A stretch of DNA of 28,903 nt from an uncultured Lachnospiraceae bacterium (GCA_949011515.1 CARKXW010000005.1:4138-33040); one strand, 5' to 3'. Numbered from the stretch's first letter, positions 1-10,455 are shown. Notes: generated from the letters alone by a model not told the origin. Numbers and translations: made by a program.

Positions 1-116
1 GTTGTAGGTAGCAGTTATGTCCTTATAAATCATGGACAAGTTAATGCGGGATATGCAGTAATCCCAGGAGTTTGGACGATACTATGTTTTGCATATTATC
101 GCAGTGGGAAGCAGTA
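1..116 (+). CDS. possible 3' end of an upstream CDS truncated by the window edge
   Basis: Frame 1 is open from nt 1 to the TAA at 114-116 (38 codons, VVGSSYVLINHGQVNAGYAVIPGVW...). No start codon lies inside the window and the translation is not recognisable. Only the lack of stops in AT-rich DNA supports this call. Confidence 0.2.
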
Positions 117-210
117 ACAGCACATACTATTTCGGTGGTTCTGTCAAAAATAACCTTCATGAGTATGAAATGTAGTACTTTTCCGAGAAGCAGCCTTTGG
201 CTGAAAGTGG

Positions 211-1170
211 TTAGAAACTCTTCTCACACTTAACTTTACAAAGTGCTTGTACCATTCTTTCACGATTTTTATATTCTCTCGAAGCAGGTATCTTTGCTAC
301 TTTTTTATTCTTTTCATAGATCTCAATCATCATAAGAGCGTTGCCATCATAAACTGGTTTCGCAGAGCAGAAATGCATATCATACTTCTTTGAAAATCCG
401 CATTTTTTGCGTGTGAGTATCTTACTTTCCTTATCATAGGTGGTACTGCTCATTTGATATCCTAGACAAAATACGAACATTAAGATTGTACAAGAAAGCG
501 AAAAATCATACAAAAATAAAATGAATACCATACCACCACATATACACCATAATAAGCACATTAAAAATGGATGCAGACAGATTGTAATGGTAGAACACTC
601 TTCCCACTCAAATTGACATTTGAGATGTTCTTTTTCCACGATTTCTTTATAAAAATAGCTTTCTTCTTTATCAAATTTTAGCTTCCTTCCATCTTTAAAT
701 ATAAGCTTAATGCCTCCTGTATTTGTATAATATGTATGCTCTATGTCCTGACAATTAAACTTATGTACTACATGAAAAATATTTCTATAAATGATCTCTC
801 CATCTTTGTATATCATCATGAAATTTCTTTGATACACCACAAGAAAAAGTCCCAAAGCAAACAGACTACCAAAAACGATAGTACAAATGGTTAGGGCCAT
901 TGTATCCTTTGTAAACAACAGAGACACTATCATAAATACACTCCAAATTAGCATGCTAATCCCCCCAAATACAAAAATAATTTTAGGAGGTTTCAATATA
1001 CCAATATTGTTTTGCTGACTTTTTGCATAGTCTTTGATAGTTTTATGAACTGCCAACTTTGATAGTAAATTCACATCATACACAATATGCCGTTTGACAG
1101 GCAGTATGGCCGTCCTCACTATGAAAGTCGATAACTTTCGTAGTAACTTTGTTAAAAATGCTTGCATCAT
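211..1170 (-). CDS. hypothetical integral membrane protein (about 4 predicted TM helices, Cys-rich C-terminal half)
   Basis: 319-aa ORF. AGAGGA RBS lies 4 nt upstream of ATG ATG. Two hydrophobic helices at about 65-115 and two more at about 195-240. No recognisable family motif. Confidence 0.65.
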   Translation of the reverse strand: MMQAFLTKLLRKLSTFIVRTAILPVKRHIVYDVNLLSKLAVHKTIKDYAKSQQNNIGILKPPKIIFVFGGISMLIWSVFMIVSLLFTKDTMALTICTIVFGSLFALGLFLVVYQRNFMMIYKDGEIIYRNIFHVVHKFNCQDIEHTYYTNTGGIKLIFKDGRKLKFDKEESYFYKEIVEKEHLKCQFEWEECSTITICLHPFLMCLLWCICGGMVFILFLYDFSLSCTILMFVFCLGYQMSSTTYDKESKILTRKKCGFSKKYDMHFCSAKPVYDGNALMMIEIYEKNKKVAKIPASREYKNRERMVQALCKVKCEKSF

Positions 1171-1351
1171 AATTCCTCTATGTGTCTATTTCGTTAGGTC
1201 CAAATTATAATATTCTCATATATCAATACCACAATAAAAATCAGTATAGTCCTGTCATTTTTCTAAATGTATAGATTCTATTTCCTTCTCTCAAAAGGAT
1301 CGCTTGCTCTTTTTTGAAAAAGAAAGTATCAAGAAGAACTCTTGAATAGAT

Positions 1352-2290
1352 TCAAATAGTTTCTTCATAGTCATCTGCCGTGGTATTCCAAAAAATAGAA
1401 TGTTCAGGATGCTCCATATACCGTTGCCATTGATGTGGAAGTTCATCCGCAAAAAGAGAAACCATGCCTCCTACGATGGCGCATATAGTATCCCGATCTC
1501 CCAAAGCAGAAACAGCCGTCCACAATGCTTCCTCTATGGAAGTATAAAAATATGCTGCACACCAAAGACAAAGCGGAACCGTATCCTGTGCTGTCAGGCA
1601 GATTCCATTTCCAAGTGTAGAGACTACAAAATCAATATTGCTCTCTTTTTTGATAGAAACCGCAGACAATATTTTATATTTGGTATCACTTTCTGGTAAT
1701 TGATTTGCAACATCCCGCAGAAAAGTTTCTCCCTCTCCAAAATACTGTCCTAGCTTTTTATTGAGAAGCAGCGCCGACGCTATGGCAACAGCCATTGCGC
1801 CCACGATTCCTTCTATATGTGCATGAGTCACTTCAGCAGATGCCCTGGCATAGTACAGAACCTTGTCCAAATCATCTGCAAAATATGCACCTATAGGTGC
1901 GACACGCATGGCACCGCCATTTCCCATAGAACCCATTCCATCAAATGCTGCTGAGGCAACATCCTGCCAATGCTGTCCTTCTTTTATACTTCGTAAAATA
2001 GAATGTGCTGTTCCTCCATATCCCCGATGCCAGTCCAGCGCATAATTCTTTGCAAAAATACTGGCTAATGCGTCCTGATTTATTGTTCCATAGATTTCCA
2101 GAGTACGATATATTCCAATTGCCATCACAGTATCATCGGTAAAATACCAAGGTTCATTCAAAATTTCTCTCTTTTTTATTTTTTCACAGGCTATTTCATC
2201 AGGCATGAAATAGCTTTGCCCAAAACAATCTCCTAATGCGATGCCATCCAATGCACGTTTTGCGTATTTTATTCTATCTTTTGTTTCCAA
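1352..2290 (-). CDS. ADP-ribosylglycohydrolase family protein (ARH/DraG-like)
   Basis: 312-aa ORF. Carries the N-terminal GDCFGQ motif and the central GSMGNGGAMRVAPIG motif typical of ADP-ribosyl-[protein] hydrolases. Likely TTG start preceded by GGAGGG. Confidence 0.85.
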   Translation of the reverse strand: METKDRIKYAKRALDGIALGDCFGQSYFMPDEIACEKIKKREILNEPWYFTDDTVMAIGIYRTLEIYGTINQDALASIFAKNYALDWHRGYGGTAHSILRSIKEGQHWQDVASAAFDGMGSMGNGGAMRVAPIGAYFADDLDKVLYYARASAEVTHAHIEGIVGAMAVAIASALLLNKKLGQYFGEGETFLRDVANQLPESDTKYKILSAVSIKKESNIDFVVSTLGNGICLTAQDTVPLCLWCAAYFYTSIEEALWTAVSALGDRDTICAIVGGMVSLFADELPHQWQRYMEHPEHSIFWNTTADDYEETI

Positions 2291-2529
2291 TTTATAAATC
2301 CCTCCAGACTCATTTCTTTACTTGAATCATATAAGTATAATTTATTTTTATCAGATACACAATTCCAAAAAAGGAAGGTATCCAATACAATGCCAGACGA
2401 AAAGCCTTATTGTAGAGTTTTGTGGAACCAGCCAATCATATTCTCTACATAGCAAAAGTGTAGGATTAACTAATCATCAACTGGATTTGTCATTTTTTCT
2501 AGTGAGTACACGTATTAAGGTGAACTGGT

Positions 2530-3063
2530 CTATAATGCAGTTTTTTTAGTAGGAACAAAAAAGGTAGATAAATCAATCTTTTCTAGAGTGAGCAATTGCA
2601 CTTTTTTGTCAAGCCCACCTGCATAACCAGTTAAACTTCCGTTAGTGCCAACAATGCGATGGCAAGGGATAATCAAAGAAATAGGGTTATGGCTGACAGC
2701 GTTACCGATTGCATGAGCCGACATTTGCGAAAGTCCATTTCGTTTTGCGTATTTTTCTGCAATAGCCTTATATGTCATTGTCTGCCCAAAAGGAATAGTG
2801 AGCATAATTTCCCATACTGCCTTGCGAAAATTAGTCCCCTTTAGAGAAAGAGCAGGGCTAAAGTCTGGAGCTTTTCCACTAAAATAAATAGTAAGCCACT
2901 GTTTTGTCTGCTCAAAAATAGGAAGCTGCCTTTGCTCAGTAGGCTCAGTAAGCGTACTACCAAAATATTTTTGATTTTCAAACCATAGACCTGTCAGTGA
3001 TGTTGTGTCGCTAGCCAATACAATTTTACCTAAAGGAGAATGATAATAATCGATATACTCCAT
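2530..3063 (-). CDS. ogt: methylated-DNA--protein-cysteine S-methyltransferase
   Basis: Active-site PCHRIV motif plus conserved NP/HNP and GGL motifs. The start was moved to the ATG at 3063 (MEYIDYY...), which has a GGGAGG RBS 5 nt upstream. The ORF-track start further upstream has no RBS. Confidence 0.9.
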   Translation of the reverse strand: MEYIDYYHSPLGKIVLASDTTSLTGLWFENQKYFGSTLTEPTEQRQLPIFEQTKQWLTIYFSGKAPDFSPALSLKGTNFRKAVWEIMLTIPFGQTMTYKAIAEKYAKRNGLSQMSAHAIGNAVSHNPISLIIPCHRIVGTNGSLTGYAGGLDKKVQLLTLEKIDLSTFFVPTKKTAL

Positions 3064-3095
3064 TGAAACCTCCCAATGATGTTGGTAATAACAAA

Positions 3096-3131
3096 AACGA
3101 AGCATTAAAAAATAGACATGATTGCTTCGTT
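3096..3131. terminator. bidirectional intrinsic terminator hairpin directly after the response-regulator stop
   Basis: AACGAAGCA...TGCTTCGTT 9-bp stem flanked by an A-run and a T-run. It abuts the TAA of the 3132..3782 gene. Confidence 0.5.
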
Positions 3132-3782
3132 TTAATCATAGATACTTATGATACCATTTCTAACACAGAATAAAGCGGCCTGCGTTCTGTCAATACATTC
3201 AATTTTGCGAAAAATTGCTGAAAGATGATTTTTTACAGTGCGTTCACTAATACATAACAGATCTCCAATTTCTCTGTTAAGATAGCCTAATGCAGTAAAT
3301 TTTAAAACTTCCATCTCACGTTTAGAAAGTGTCGCAATCTTTTTTTGCTCTAAATTGTGTGCAATAATCATAGTATTGAACAGAGGAAGCAGATTAGACT
3401 GGATAAAAAGTTCGCCTTGATAGACGCAGTCAATTGCAAAAACTAATTCATCAATGCCAGAATTCTTTATAATATATCCATCCGCACCCAAATGCATAGA
3501 CTGAAACAAACATGCAGAATGAGTATCTCCAGAAAGTATAAGAATTTTAGGTCTTTTTCTTCGGTTTTGCAGAACTTGGAGTGTTTCAATACCACTCATA
3601 GTAGGCATGTTGATGTCAAGAAGAATAATATCGGGCTTGACACGATGAAGTTTGGATAGACAGGTTTGTCCGCTGTCAGCTTCTGCCACGACTTCAATAT
3701 GGTGGGAATAGTTTGCCTTTAACAAGAGCTGTATGCCTTCGCGAAACAGTTTGTGATCGTCAACAAGCATCACTTTAATCAT
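3132..3782 (-). CDS. NarL/LuxR-family two-component response regulator (REC + HTH_LuxR); no cognate kinase adjacent
   Basis: N-terminal VMLVDDH REC signature. C-terminal LSKREMEVLKFTALGYLNREIGDLLCISERTVKNH LuxR-type HTH. GGAGG RBS. Confidence 0.9.
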   Translation of the reverse strand: MIKVMLVDDHKLFREGIQLLLKANYSHHIEVVAEADSGQTCLSKLHRVKPDIILLDINMPTMSGIETLQVLQNRRKRPKILILSGDTHSACLFQSMHLGADGYIIKNSGIDELVFAIDCVYQGELFIQSNLLPLFNTMIIAHNLEQKKIATLSKREMEVLKFTALGYLNREIGDLLCISERTVKNHLSAIFRKIECIDRTQAALFCVRNGIISIYD

Positions 3783-3840
3783 GAAATGGCCTCCATAGTA
3801 GTCTTTGGAGAATATCTATGTGTTATACTAAAATATTCTT

Positions 3841-4584
3841 TTATAAAGGTTCTTTTGAAGGCAATCCTGCCTTGCGTGGATATTTTTTTGGAGTTTCCTT
3901 CACCTTTTGTATAACCAAAAGAGTCCTATGAATATCAGAAGATGGAAGTACAAATTCTTTTTGTTTGCAAATTACTGCGCCAAGTAATTCAATGGCTTTT
4001 GTGGACATAGCAATCTCTTCTTCTGCGCGTTCAGATTTATATGCAATAAAATAGCCGCCAATTTTTACATAGGGTAAACAATATTCTGATAATGTAGAGA
4101 GATTGGCTACAGCGCGCGAAACACACAAATCAAATTTTTCGCGCAGCAATGTTTCTTTTGCAAAATCTTCTGCTCTTCCATGAATGGTTTCCACATCCTC
4201 TAACTGCAATTGTCCAACGACTTCATTAAGATAAGTAATGCGTTTTTTTAGCGAATCGAGTAGGGTGATCCGCAGTTGTGGAAAAGCAATTTTCAAGGCA
4301 ATGCCTGGAAAACCTGCGCCAGTTCCTATGTCAATTAATGTATATTCTTTTGGAAAAGGAGGTATGTCGTTAGGAAAAAGGGTGGATATAGAAAGGCTAT
4401 CAATAAAGTGTTTTGTACAAACTTCTTCGAATTCGGTGATGGCAGTTAAATTCATAACCTGATTCCACTCTGTTAGTAGTTCATAATAGTGTACAAATTG
4501 ATCGAACTGATATTCTGATAAATGAATCTGCAACTGTAATAAGTTGTCTTTAAATTTTATTAAGTCATATGAGTGTGAACTCAT
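3841..4584 (-). CDS. rsmG: 16S rRNA (guanine527-N7)-methyltransferase RsmG (GidB)
   Basis: SAM-binding motif IDIGTGAGFPGIALKI plus the conserved RsmG N-terminal region (LLTEWNQVMNLTAI). AGAGGAG RBS. Confidence 0.9.
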   Translation of the reverse strand: MSSHSYDLIKFKDNLLQLQIHLSEYQFDQFVHYYELLTEWNQVMNLTAITEFEEVCTKHFIDSLSISTLFPNDIPPFPKEYTLIDIGTGAGFPGIALKIAFPQLRITLLDSLKKRITYLNEVVGQLQLEDVETIHGRAEDFAKETLLREKFDLCVSRAVANLSTLSEYCLPYVKIGGYFIAYKSERAEEEIAMSTKAIELLGAVICKQKEFVLPSSDIHRTLLVIQKVKETPKKYPRKAGLPSKEPL

Positions 4585-4751
4585 CTTGCTACTCCTCTAT
4601 TTTAAGTAAAATATGGAAATGGTTAGTAATTGTATAAAAAGTTCTACAATTTTTTCTCACAATAATTTTGTACTATTTTATATTTTGGCAATATAATAAT
4701 CAATATTGTTTGTCATTTGTAAAGGTTGCATTAGAATAAATCAAAATTATT

Positions 4752-5141
4752 TTAGAGCAGTGTATCTAAAATATGGACTAAGGCATCAATATCAATGGGC
4801 TTTGCAATGTAATCATTCATTCCAGCAACTTTAATTTTTTTGAGATCGTCAGAGTAGGTGTCAGCAGTTATTGCAATGATAGGTAGAAGTTCTAGGTCTT
4901 TACGACCAGATGCTCTTATAGTGGTGGATGCCTCATATCCATTCATGACAGGCATCTGAATATCCATTAAAACCATTAGATAGGTTCCAGGGACTGATTC
5001 TAACAAACGATCTACAGCTTCCTTTCCATTGTAGGCTTTATCGACCTCAAAGCCTTTAATATTGAGAATTCCCTCAGTCATCTCCATATTTAATTCATTA
5101 TCTTCCACTACTAATATTCGTGGGGTTGCAGGTTTGTTCAT
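4752..5141 (-). CDS. single-domain response regulator (REC only, CheY-like)
   Basis: REC signatures ILVVEDNE and D-I-Q-M-P..., with K in AKP. The start was moved to the ATG at 5141 (MNKPATP...), preceded by an AAGGAG RBS. The TTG start in the ORF track has no RBS. Confidence 0.85.
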   Translation of the reverse strand: MNKPATPRILVVEDNELNMEMTEGILNIKGFEVDKAYNGKEAVDRLLESVPGTYLMVLMDIQMPVMNGYEASTTIRASGRKDLELLPIIAITADTYSDDLKKIKVAGMNDYIAKPIDIDALVHILDTLL

Positions 5142-5245
5142 TACACTTCTCCTTATCAAGCGAAATCTTATTATTTTTTATTGTACATGAATATAAGCAG
5201 TGTATCAAGGAAAATACAAAAAAATTTATGTATCACATGTTACTA

Positions 5246-5359
5246 TTCAGCCATACCCATTTCATGTCGGGCGTCAGCCCTATAAAATCGAATATACAAA
5301 ATGCCTTATGCGAGCAAACTCCCAACAGCATTTTGTATATTCAATTTTGCATGGCTGAA
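5246..5359. promoter_or_regulatory. large imperfect palindrome in the leader of the REC gene (outer 9-bp arms, inner perfect 15-bp arms)
   Basis: GAATATACAAAATGC (5290-5304) and its exact reverse complement GCATTTTGTATATTC (5328-5342) are separated by 23 nt. They are nested inside TTCAGCCAT (5246-5254) / ATGGCTGAA (5351-5359). Confidence 0.35.
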
Positions 5360-5405
5360 CTGTTACTATTACATAGTGGCATATTTTTGTTGTACGGGGC
5401 TGTAC

Positions 5406-5440
5406 ATAAAAAACGGTCCCTCGTAAGGAACCGTTTTCTG
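5406..5440. terminator. bidirectional intrinsic terminator downstream of the operon MCP gene
   Basis: AACGGT(cc)...(gg)ACCGTT hairpin with an A-run 5' and a T-run 3' on both strands. It lies 35-70 nt after the MCP stop. Confidence 0.5.
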
Positions 5441-5473
5441 TATACATATACCTATATAAAGTGCTACATAAAA

Positions 5474-7261
5474 TTAATATTTGCCAAAGTCACCATCTAA
5501 AGAAATAATCTGCTCATTGCTATTGTAGGAAGAAGAGTCAGAGTAAGAACTTGTGTAAGAACTGCTAGAACCAGAGGTAAGCAGTTTGTATTGTCCAATC
5601 AAATTCTTTAATGTGACAGCTTGATTAGATAACTGTTCGCTGGCAGCCGCACACTGTTCGCTGGTTGCAGCGTTGGTTTGTACTACTGTAGAAACCTGTG
5701 AAATTGCCTGATCGATCTGTGAAATTGCAGTTGCTTGATCGCTAGAAGATACTGTGATATTTCCAATCAAAACAACAATCTCATCAATAGAATTGACAAT
5801 TGCACTCAGTGACTTTGCAGTCTCCTCTACAATCTTTGTACCATTTGCAACTTTATGAATAGAATCTTCGATCATTTCAGCAGTTTCACCAGCAGCAGAG
5901 GCACTCTTTGCAGCTAGATTTCTTACTTCCTCCGCAACGACTGCGAAGCCCTTACCATGTATACCAGCTCTAGCAGCCTCTACTGCAGCATTCAATGCGA
6001 GAATATTGGTCTGGAATGAAATATCATCAATTGTCTTAATAATCTTTGAGATAGTCTCAGAAGACTCGTTAATACTATCCATAGCATCGATCATTGCCTT
6101 CATCTGATCGTTTCCAGATGCTGCCATAATCTTGATATTATTCACTAAAGAACTTGCCTCTGTTGCCTGAGAAGCATTGGCTTTTGTACGCTGTGTTACT
6201 TCGTCCATAGAAGCAGTTACCTGCTGTATTGCGCTAGCTTGTTCTGTAGAGCCCTGAGCCAATGCCTGGCTTGCATTTGCAACCTGCTCAGAACCTACTG
6301 TAATCTGTGAGCCTGCCTCACGAATATTACTTAATAGAGCATTTTCATCTGAAACTAGTTTATATAAAGATTTGCCGAGAACATCTCTGTCACTACGTGG
6401 TTTTACCTCAACTGTGAAATCACCTTGTGCAAGCAAATCTGTAACGCGAACTTGATCTTTGATGCCATCAACCATGATAGCGAAAGCATCCATTAAATCA
6501 CCAAGATCATCATTGTACATTTTATGGCAGTCAACATCAACATCGCCTAGGGCCAATTTTTTTGCAGCTTCTGAAAGCTTGCGAATAGGAACAGTAATTG
6601 TTTTAACTAAACGCAATGCATACGCCATTGAAATAAGGATAGAAACAAGAACAACAACAATAACCACTACCTGTAGAGCAATAACTTGTTGCTCTACTAC
6701 TTTATTATTTGCATCAGAGAGTTTATCGACTGCCTCTATCAGCTCAAGCAGTTGATTTTCAACATTGTTTGCAATTGCGACACCGCTATGAGTCAGTGCC
6801 TCACGCGCTTGTTCAACATTTCCGTCTTGTGCCATCTGAGCATATTCGGTTGCTGTTTTTATGTACTCGTCCATTTCGTCAACTACTTTGTTGTACTTGC
6901 TGGTAATATCTGCATCAAAAGCATCTAAGCGATTGCGAAACTCTGTTAGATTTTGATGGGTACTCGCATCATACTGAGACATTTCAGCAAGCTGAGCTTG
7001 AATCTGTGCAGGATCGTCTGCATAAATATACAAGATATTGCGCAAGCGTACTTTTAGATCTGCAAAATTGCCATATGCTTCACTTAAATAATATTTTCCC
7101 ATTGCATAATTATTGTAACGTGAAGTACGAACTTTATTAACATTGGATGCACTCCATAATCCGACAGACGCGATCACAATCATCAAAAACAGCATCATAA
7201 CACCGAAAAAGATAATTTTGGTTTTTACGGTGGTGCTATTGACAGAAAACTTTTTCTTCAT
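5474..7261 (-). CDS. methyl-accepting chemotaxis protein (4HB-type sensor, HAMP, MCP signalling domain); last gene of the che operon
   Basis: Two TM segments flank a helical periplasmic domain, followed by a HAMP linker. Highly conserved MCP hairpin tip [29 protein letters not shown]. The start was moved to the ATG at 7261 (MKKKFSV), which has an AAAGGAG RBS. The C-terminus is a Ser/Tyr-rich tail. Confidence 0.9.
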   Translation of the reverse strand: MKKKFSVNSTTVKTKIIFFGVMMLFLMIVIASVGLWSASNVNKVRTSRYNNYAMGKYYLSEAYGNFADLKVRLRNILYIYADDPAQIQAQLAEMSQYDASTHQNLTEFRNRLDAFDADITSKYNKVVDEMDEYIKTATEYAQMAQDGNVEQAREALTHSGVAIANNVENQLLELIEAVDKLSDANNKVVEQQVIALQVVVIVVVLVSILISMAYALRLVKTITVPIRKLSEAAKKLALGDVDVDCHKMYNDDLGDLMDAFAIMVDGIKDQVRVTDLLAQGDFTVEVKPRSDRDVLGKSLYKLVSDENALLSNIREAGSQITVGSEQVANASQALAQGSTEQASAIQQVTASMDEVTQRTKANASQATEASSLVNNIKIMAASGNDQMKAMIDAMDSINESSETISKIIKTIDDISFQTNILALNAAVEAARAGIHGKGFAVVAEEVRNLAAKSASAAGETAEMIEDSIHKVANGTKIVEETAKSLSAIVNSIDEIVVLIGNITVSSSDQATAISQIDQAISQVSTVVQTNAATSEQCAAASEQLSNQAVTLKNLIGQYKLLTSGSSSSYTSSYSDSSSYNSNEQIISLDGDFGKY

Positions 7262-7283
7262 GGTAAATTCTCCTTTTACTATT

Positions 7284-7790
7284 TTATTCTTCATTATCTT
7301 GCATCGTCTCAAGCATATTCATGTCGTCTTGCTTGATTAGCTTTTCAGGATCAATCAATAGTTTCATTGTATCACCTGTCCGCGCCAAACCATAGACATA
7401 TTTATTATGCTCATGATGCCCCAGAGTAGGGGGTGGAATAACATCATCATCCATAATAGTATCTACTTCTGCTATTTTTTCCACAATCAGCCCAATAACG
7501 GTTGATTTCACATCAATAACGATGATACACGTCCTGTCTGTATATTCCTTTGGCTCCATCTTAAATCGCACACGCACATCAATTACAGGAATAATTTTTC
7601 CGCGAAGATTAATTAGTCCCTTGATATAGTCATCTACTTCAGGTATTGCCGTAATTGGCTGCATGGCAATGATTTCGTTGACATAACTGATACTAATGCC
7701 GAAGTACTCTTTTCCTGTCTGAAAGGTCATAAACTTTCCCTTTTGGGTATCTTCCTCCAACAGTTCTTCTTCTTTCAATTCTTCCGCCAT
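7284..7790 (-). CDS. cheW: chemotaxis coupling protein CheW
   Basis: 168-aa single CheW-like domain with an acidic N-terminus, located in the che operon. GGAG RBS. Confidence 0.9.
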   Translation of the reverse strand: MAEELKEEELLEEDTQKGKFMTFQTGKEYFGISISYVNEIIAMQPITAIPEVDDYIKGLINLRGKIIPVIDVRVRFKMEPKEYTDRTCIIVIDVKSTVIGLIVEKIAEVDTIMDDDVIPPPTLGHHEHNKYVYGLARTGDTMKLLIDPEKLIKQDDMNMLETMQDNEE

Positions 7791-7793
7791 TTG

Positions 7794-9917
7794 CTATCTC
7801 CTTTCTTCGTCAAGTATTAGCCCGCCGATATCCAGAATCAGTGCAATGCTGCCGTCTCCAAGCTGTGTACAGCCAGAGATTCCCTTTACTTTTTTCACAT
7901 AAGGAGGAATAGGTTTCACGACAATCTCCTGTTCTTGGAGGAGGCTGTCAATCAAAACACATACCTGTCTACCTTCATGCTCTAATACGACAACAATTCC
8001 ATCATCAATACTGGTTTGAGAATTTGGCAATTCATATTTTTCATTAAGACGGATAAACGGGAAACAATCACCCCGTAAAACAACATATTCTTCTCCGTTG
8101 GGCTCTTGTATCAAAGCATCTTCGCCGAGACGAACAAATTGTTTGATAGATGCCGTTTCTATTACAAAGGGAGAATCACCTACTCGTACGATAATACCAT
8201 TGATAATCGCAAGTGTCAAGGGAATAACTAGAGTCATTTCTGACCCGTGTCCTAGTTCACTAGTAATGTCAAGTCGTCCGCCGATATCCTGAATATTCTT
8301 TACAACTACGTCCATTCCAACACCGCGTCCTGAATATTCTGTGACGACCTCTTTTGTAGAGAAGCCAGGCAACGTAATAAAACGGTAAATTTCCTTATCC
8401 TGAAATTCACTGATTGGTTTGTTTTCAATTAGGCCATTGTCTAGAGCCTTTTGGTATAGTTTCTCTTTATCTAGACCTTTTCCGTCATCGCGTACACTAA
8501 TATAAACTTTGCCACCTTCGTTTTTGGCTTCCAGCGTAATCTTACCCTTTGCGGGTTTACCAGCAGCGGTACGCTGTTCAGCATTTTCCTCAATACCGTG
8601 GTCAACGGAATTTCTCACAAGATGCATCAAAGGATCAGAAATATGTTCAATAATATTTTTGTCAACTTCTGTATTTTCACCGACAACTTCAAGTTCAATA
8701 TCTTTTCCTAACTTTCTAGATACATCAAAGACAATACGACGCATTTTCTGGAAAGTATTAGAAAGAGGCATCATACGCATAGACATAATAACTTCCTGGA
8801 GTTCAGTAGTAATTTTAGAAAGTTGTGCGGATGCTTTTTGGAAATTGGTAAGTTCAAGTCCTGGGACTTTTAGATCAGGGTTTTGTAATACAACTGCCTC
8901 TGCAATGACAAGTTCACCAATTAGATCCATCAACGAATCCATCTTTTCTACATTGACACTAATAATGCTCTGCTGTTTAGGTTGATTTTTGGCAAGAGTT
9001 TTGCCCTTTCCAGCTTCCTTAGTCTTTACGACATAATCACCTGGCATAGGAGCAGCTTTTGTTTCTTTTGCTGGTTGAGCATTATCGTCTAAGTTAATCA
9101 CAATTGGTACATCAGGACGCCCTAAGTGTACAAGATCCTGTCCATATTCCGCAGCAGTAATCTCATCAAAATCAATGGATTCGGCTTCTGAACTGTCAAT
9201 TAGTTTGAGAACCTCTTCCTTGGAAGCTTTTGTTTGTAGATACATGTGAAATCCTTCTACTAGGATAGTATCTGCACTTGCTTCATTAGAGAGAATATCT
9301 TCTGGAGTATACAACAGATCTTCTGCTACTCCTTTTAGAGCATAGGTAGCTGAATAAGCTCGAATATTACTCATTTGCGTATCATTCTTATAGTGGATAA
9401 CAATTCGATAAAAATGACTGTTTTCTTCTGCTACAGGCATGATATAGAATTGATTTGGTTCCACCTGCTTATTTTCTTTGGGAAGTCGTATCCCTTGCTT
9501 TTTAATTTCTCCCTTGATACGGCTTAAAAACTCATCTAAGTCTTCCACGAGTTTGCTCTCGTCTCCGTCAGGAGTTTCTCCGTTTTTGATTTTATCAAGC
9601 TCACTAGTAATGAAGTCCGACACAGCAAGCACTTTTTCTACCAATTCCATGTGTGGAACATCTTCGGGATGAGATTCCCTTAAATAATAGAAAATATCCT
9701 CTAGTTTATGGGAGGCTTTGGTGATATTTTCATACATCATTACTCCTGAAGAGCCTTTGATCGTGTGCATGACACGGAAAATATCATTGATGTCGGAATC
9801 GTCGAAACAGTCTGCATCCTGTTTCTCTAAAATGATACCTTCCAGTTTTTCCAGAAGCTGATCGCTTTCATACAAAAACACGGAAAGCATACTTTCTGTG
9901 TTAAATTCTTCTGCCAT
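7794..9917 (-). CDS. cheA: chemotaxis histidine kinase CheA
   Basis: N-terminal Hpt/P1 domain with the phosphorylatable His in HTIKGSSG. HATPase region with HLVRNSVDHGIE and the GRGVGMDVV G-box. C-terminal CheW-like P5 domain. Confidence 0.95.
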   Translation of the reverse strand: MAEEFNTESMLSVFLYESDQLLEKLEGIILEKQDADCFDDSDINDIFRVMHTIKGSSGVMMYENITKASHKLEDIFYYLRESHPEDVPHMELVEKVLAVSDFITSELDKIKNGETPDGDESKLVEDLDEFLSRIKGEIKKQGIRLPKENKQVEPNQFYIMPVAEENSHFYRIVIHYKNDTQMSNIRAYSATYALKGVAEDLLYTPEDILSNEASADTILVEGFHMYLQTKASKEEVLKLIDSSEAESIDFDEITAAEYGQDLVHLGRPDVPIVINLDDNAQPAKETKAAPMPGDYVVKTKEAGKGKTLAKNQPKQQSIISVNVEKMDSLMDLIGELVIAEAVVLQNPDLKVPGLELTNFQKASAQLSKITTELQEVIMSMRMMPLSNTFQKMRRIVFDVSRKLGKDIELEVVGENTEVDKNIIEHISDPLMHLVRNSVDHGIEENAEQRTAAGKPAKGKITLEAKNEGGKVYISVRDDGKGLDKEKLYQKALDNGLIENKPISEFQDKEIYRFITLPGFSTKEVVTEYSGRGVGMDVVVKNIQDIGGRLDITSELGHGSEMTLVIPLTLAIINGIIVRVGDSPFVIETASIKQFVRLGEDALIQEPNGEEYVVLRGDCFPFIRLNEKYELPNSQTSIDDGIVVVLEHEGRQVCVLIDSLLQEQEIVVKPIPPYVKKVKGISGCTQLGDGSIALILDIGGLILDEERR

Positions 9918-9944
9918 ACGTCCTCCATTCTTATCATTCGGCTT

Positions 9945-10337
9945 TTATAGTAGTCCCAACTTTTCTAATACTTTTTCAAACTTCTCTACATCAATTGGTT
10001 TTCCCGCATAAGCTTCACATCCAAGTTCAAAAGCCATCTTTACATTGCGTTCTTCATTGAGCGCTGTTGTCATGATTACTTTAAGACGTTTATTTTTGGG
10101 TATTCCTCTTTGTGCTTCAATGTCACGGATTGCCTTTAATACCTGATAGCCATCCATAACCGGCATCATGACATCAAGACATGCCAAATCATAAGGCTCC
10201 TCATCCTCTAATGCCATCATGAAAGCGTCTACTGCTTCCTCGCCATCGACCATCACATCACATTCACCATATTGTGACAGCATCTTATCCATAAATTTAC
10301 GGCTGGCGAAATCATCCTCTGCCAATAAAATTTTCAT
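9945..10337 (-). CDS. cheY: chemotaxis response regulator CheY
   Basis: 130-aa stand-alone REC domain (DD...D...T...K pattern) located between cheB and cheA. Confidence 0.85.
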   Translation of the reverse strand: MKILLAEDDFASRKFMDKMLSQYGECDVMVDGEEAVDAFMMALEDEEPYDLACLDVMMPVMDGYQVLKAIRDIEAQRGIPKNKRLKVIMTTALNEERNVKMAFELGCEAYAGKPIDVEKFEKVLEKLGLL

Positions 10338-10455
10338 ATTTTTTCTACTCCTTTCTATAATGTTCTATGGATGCCAAATCGTTGAAACAGTAATGCACCC
10401 ATGCTGTAGGATATGCGCACATAGTATGTTTAATTGCATATCATCACAGTCAAAT

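Noticed and set aside
3064-3131. Possible attenuator between the response regulator and ogt
   Set aside because: The hairpin is adequately explained as the terminator of the response-regulator gene. Only about 30 nt separate it from the ogt RBS, so promoter placement is unclear. There is nothing to indicate regulation beyond position.
8509-8985. 158-aa plus-strand ORF, and the many other 60-120-aa ORFs antisense to cheA, mnmG, the MVP-like gene, MCPs and the kinase
   Set aside because: They lie entirely inside and antisense to, or frame-shifted from, well-supported genes. They lack RBSs and are typical shadow ORFs.
9385-9400. DnaA-box-like AGTGGATAA (origin-proximal location suggested by mnmG/rsmG)
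   Set aside because: A single imperfect box inside the cheA coding sequence. There is no cluster of boxes or AT-rich DUE anywhere in the window.
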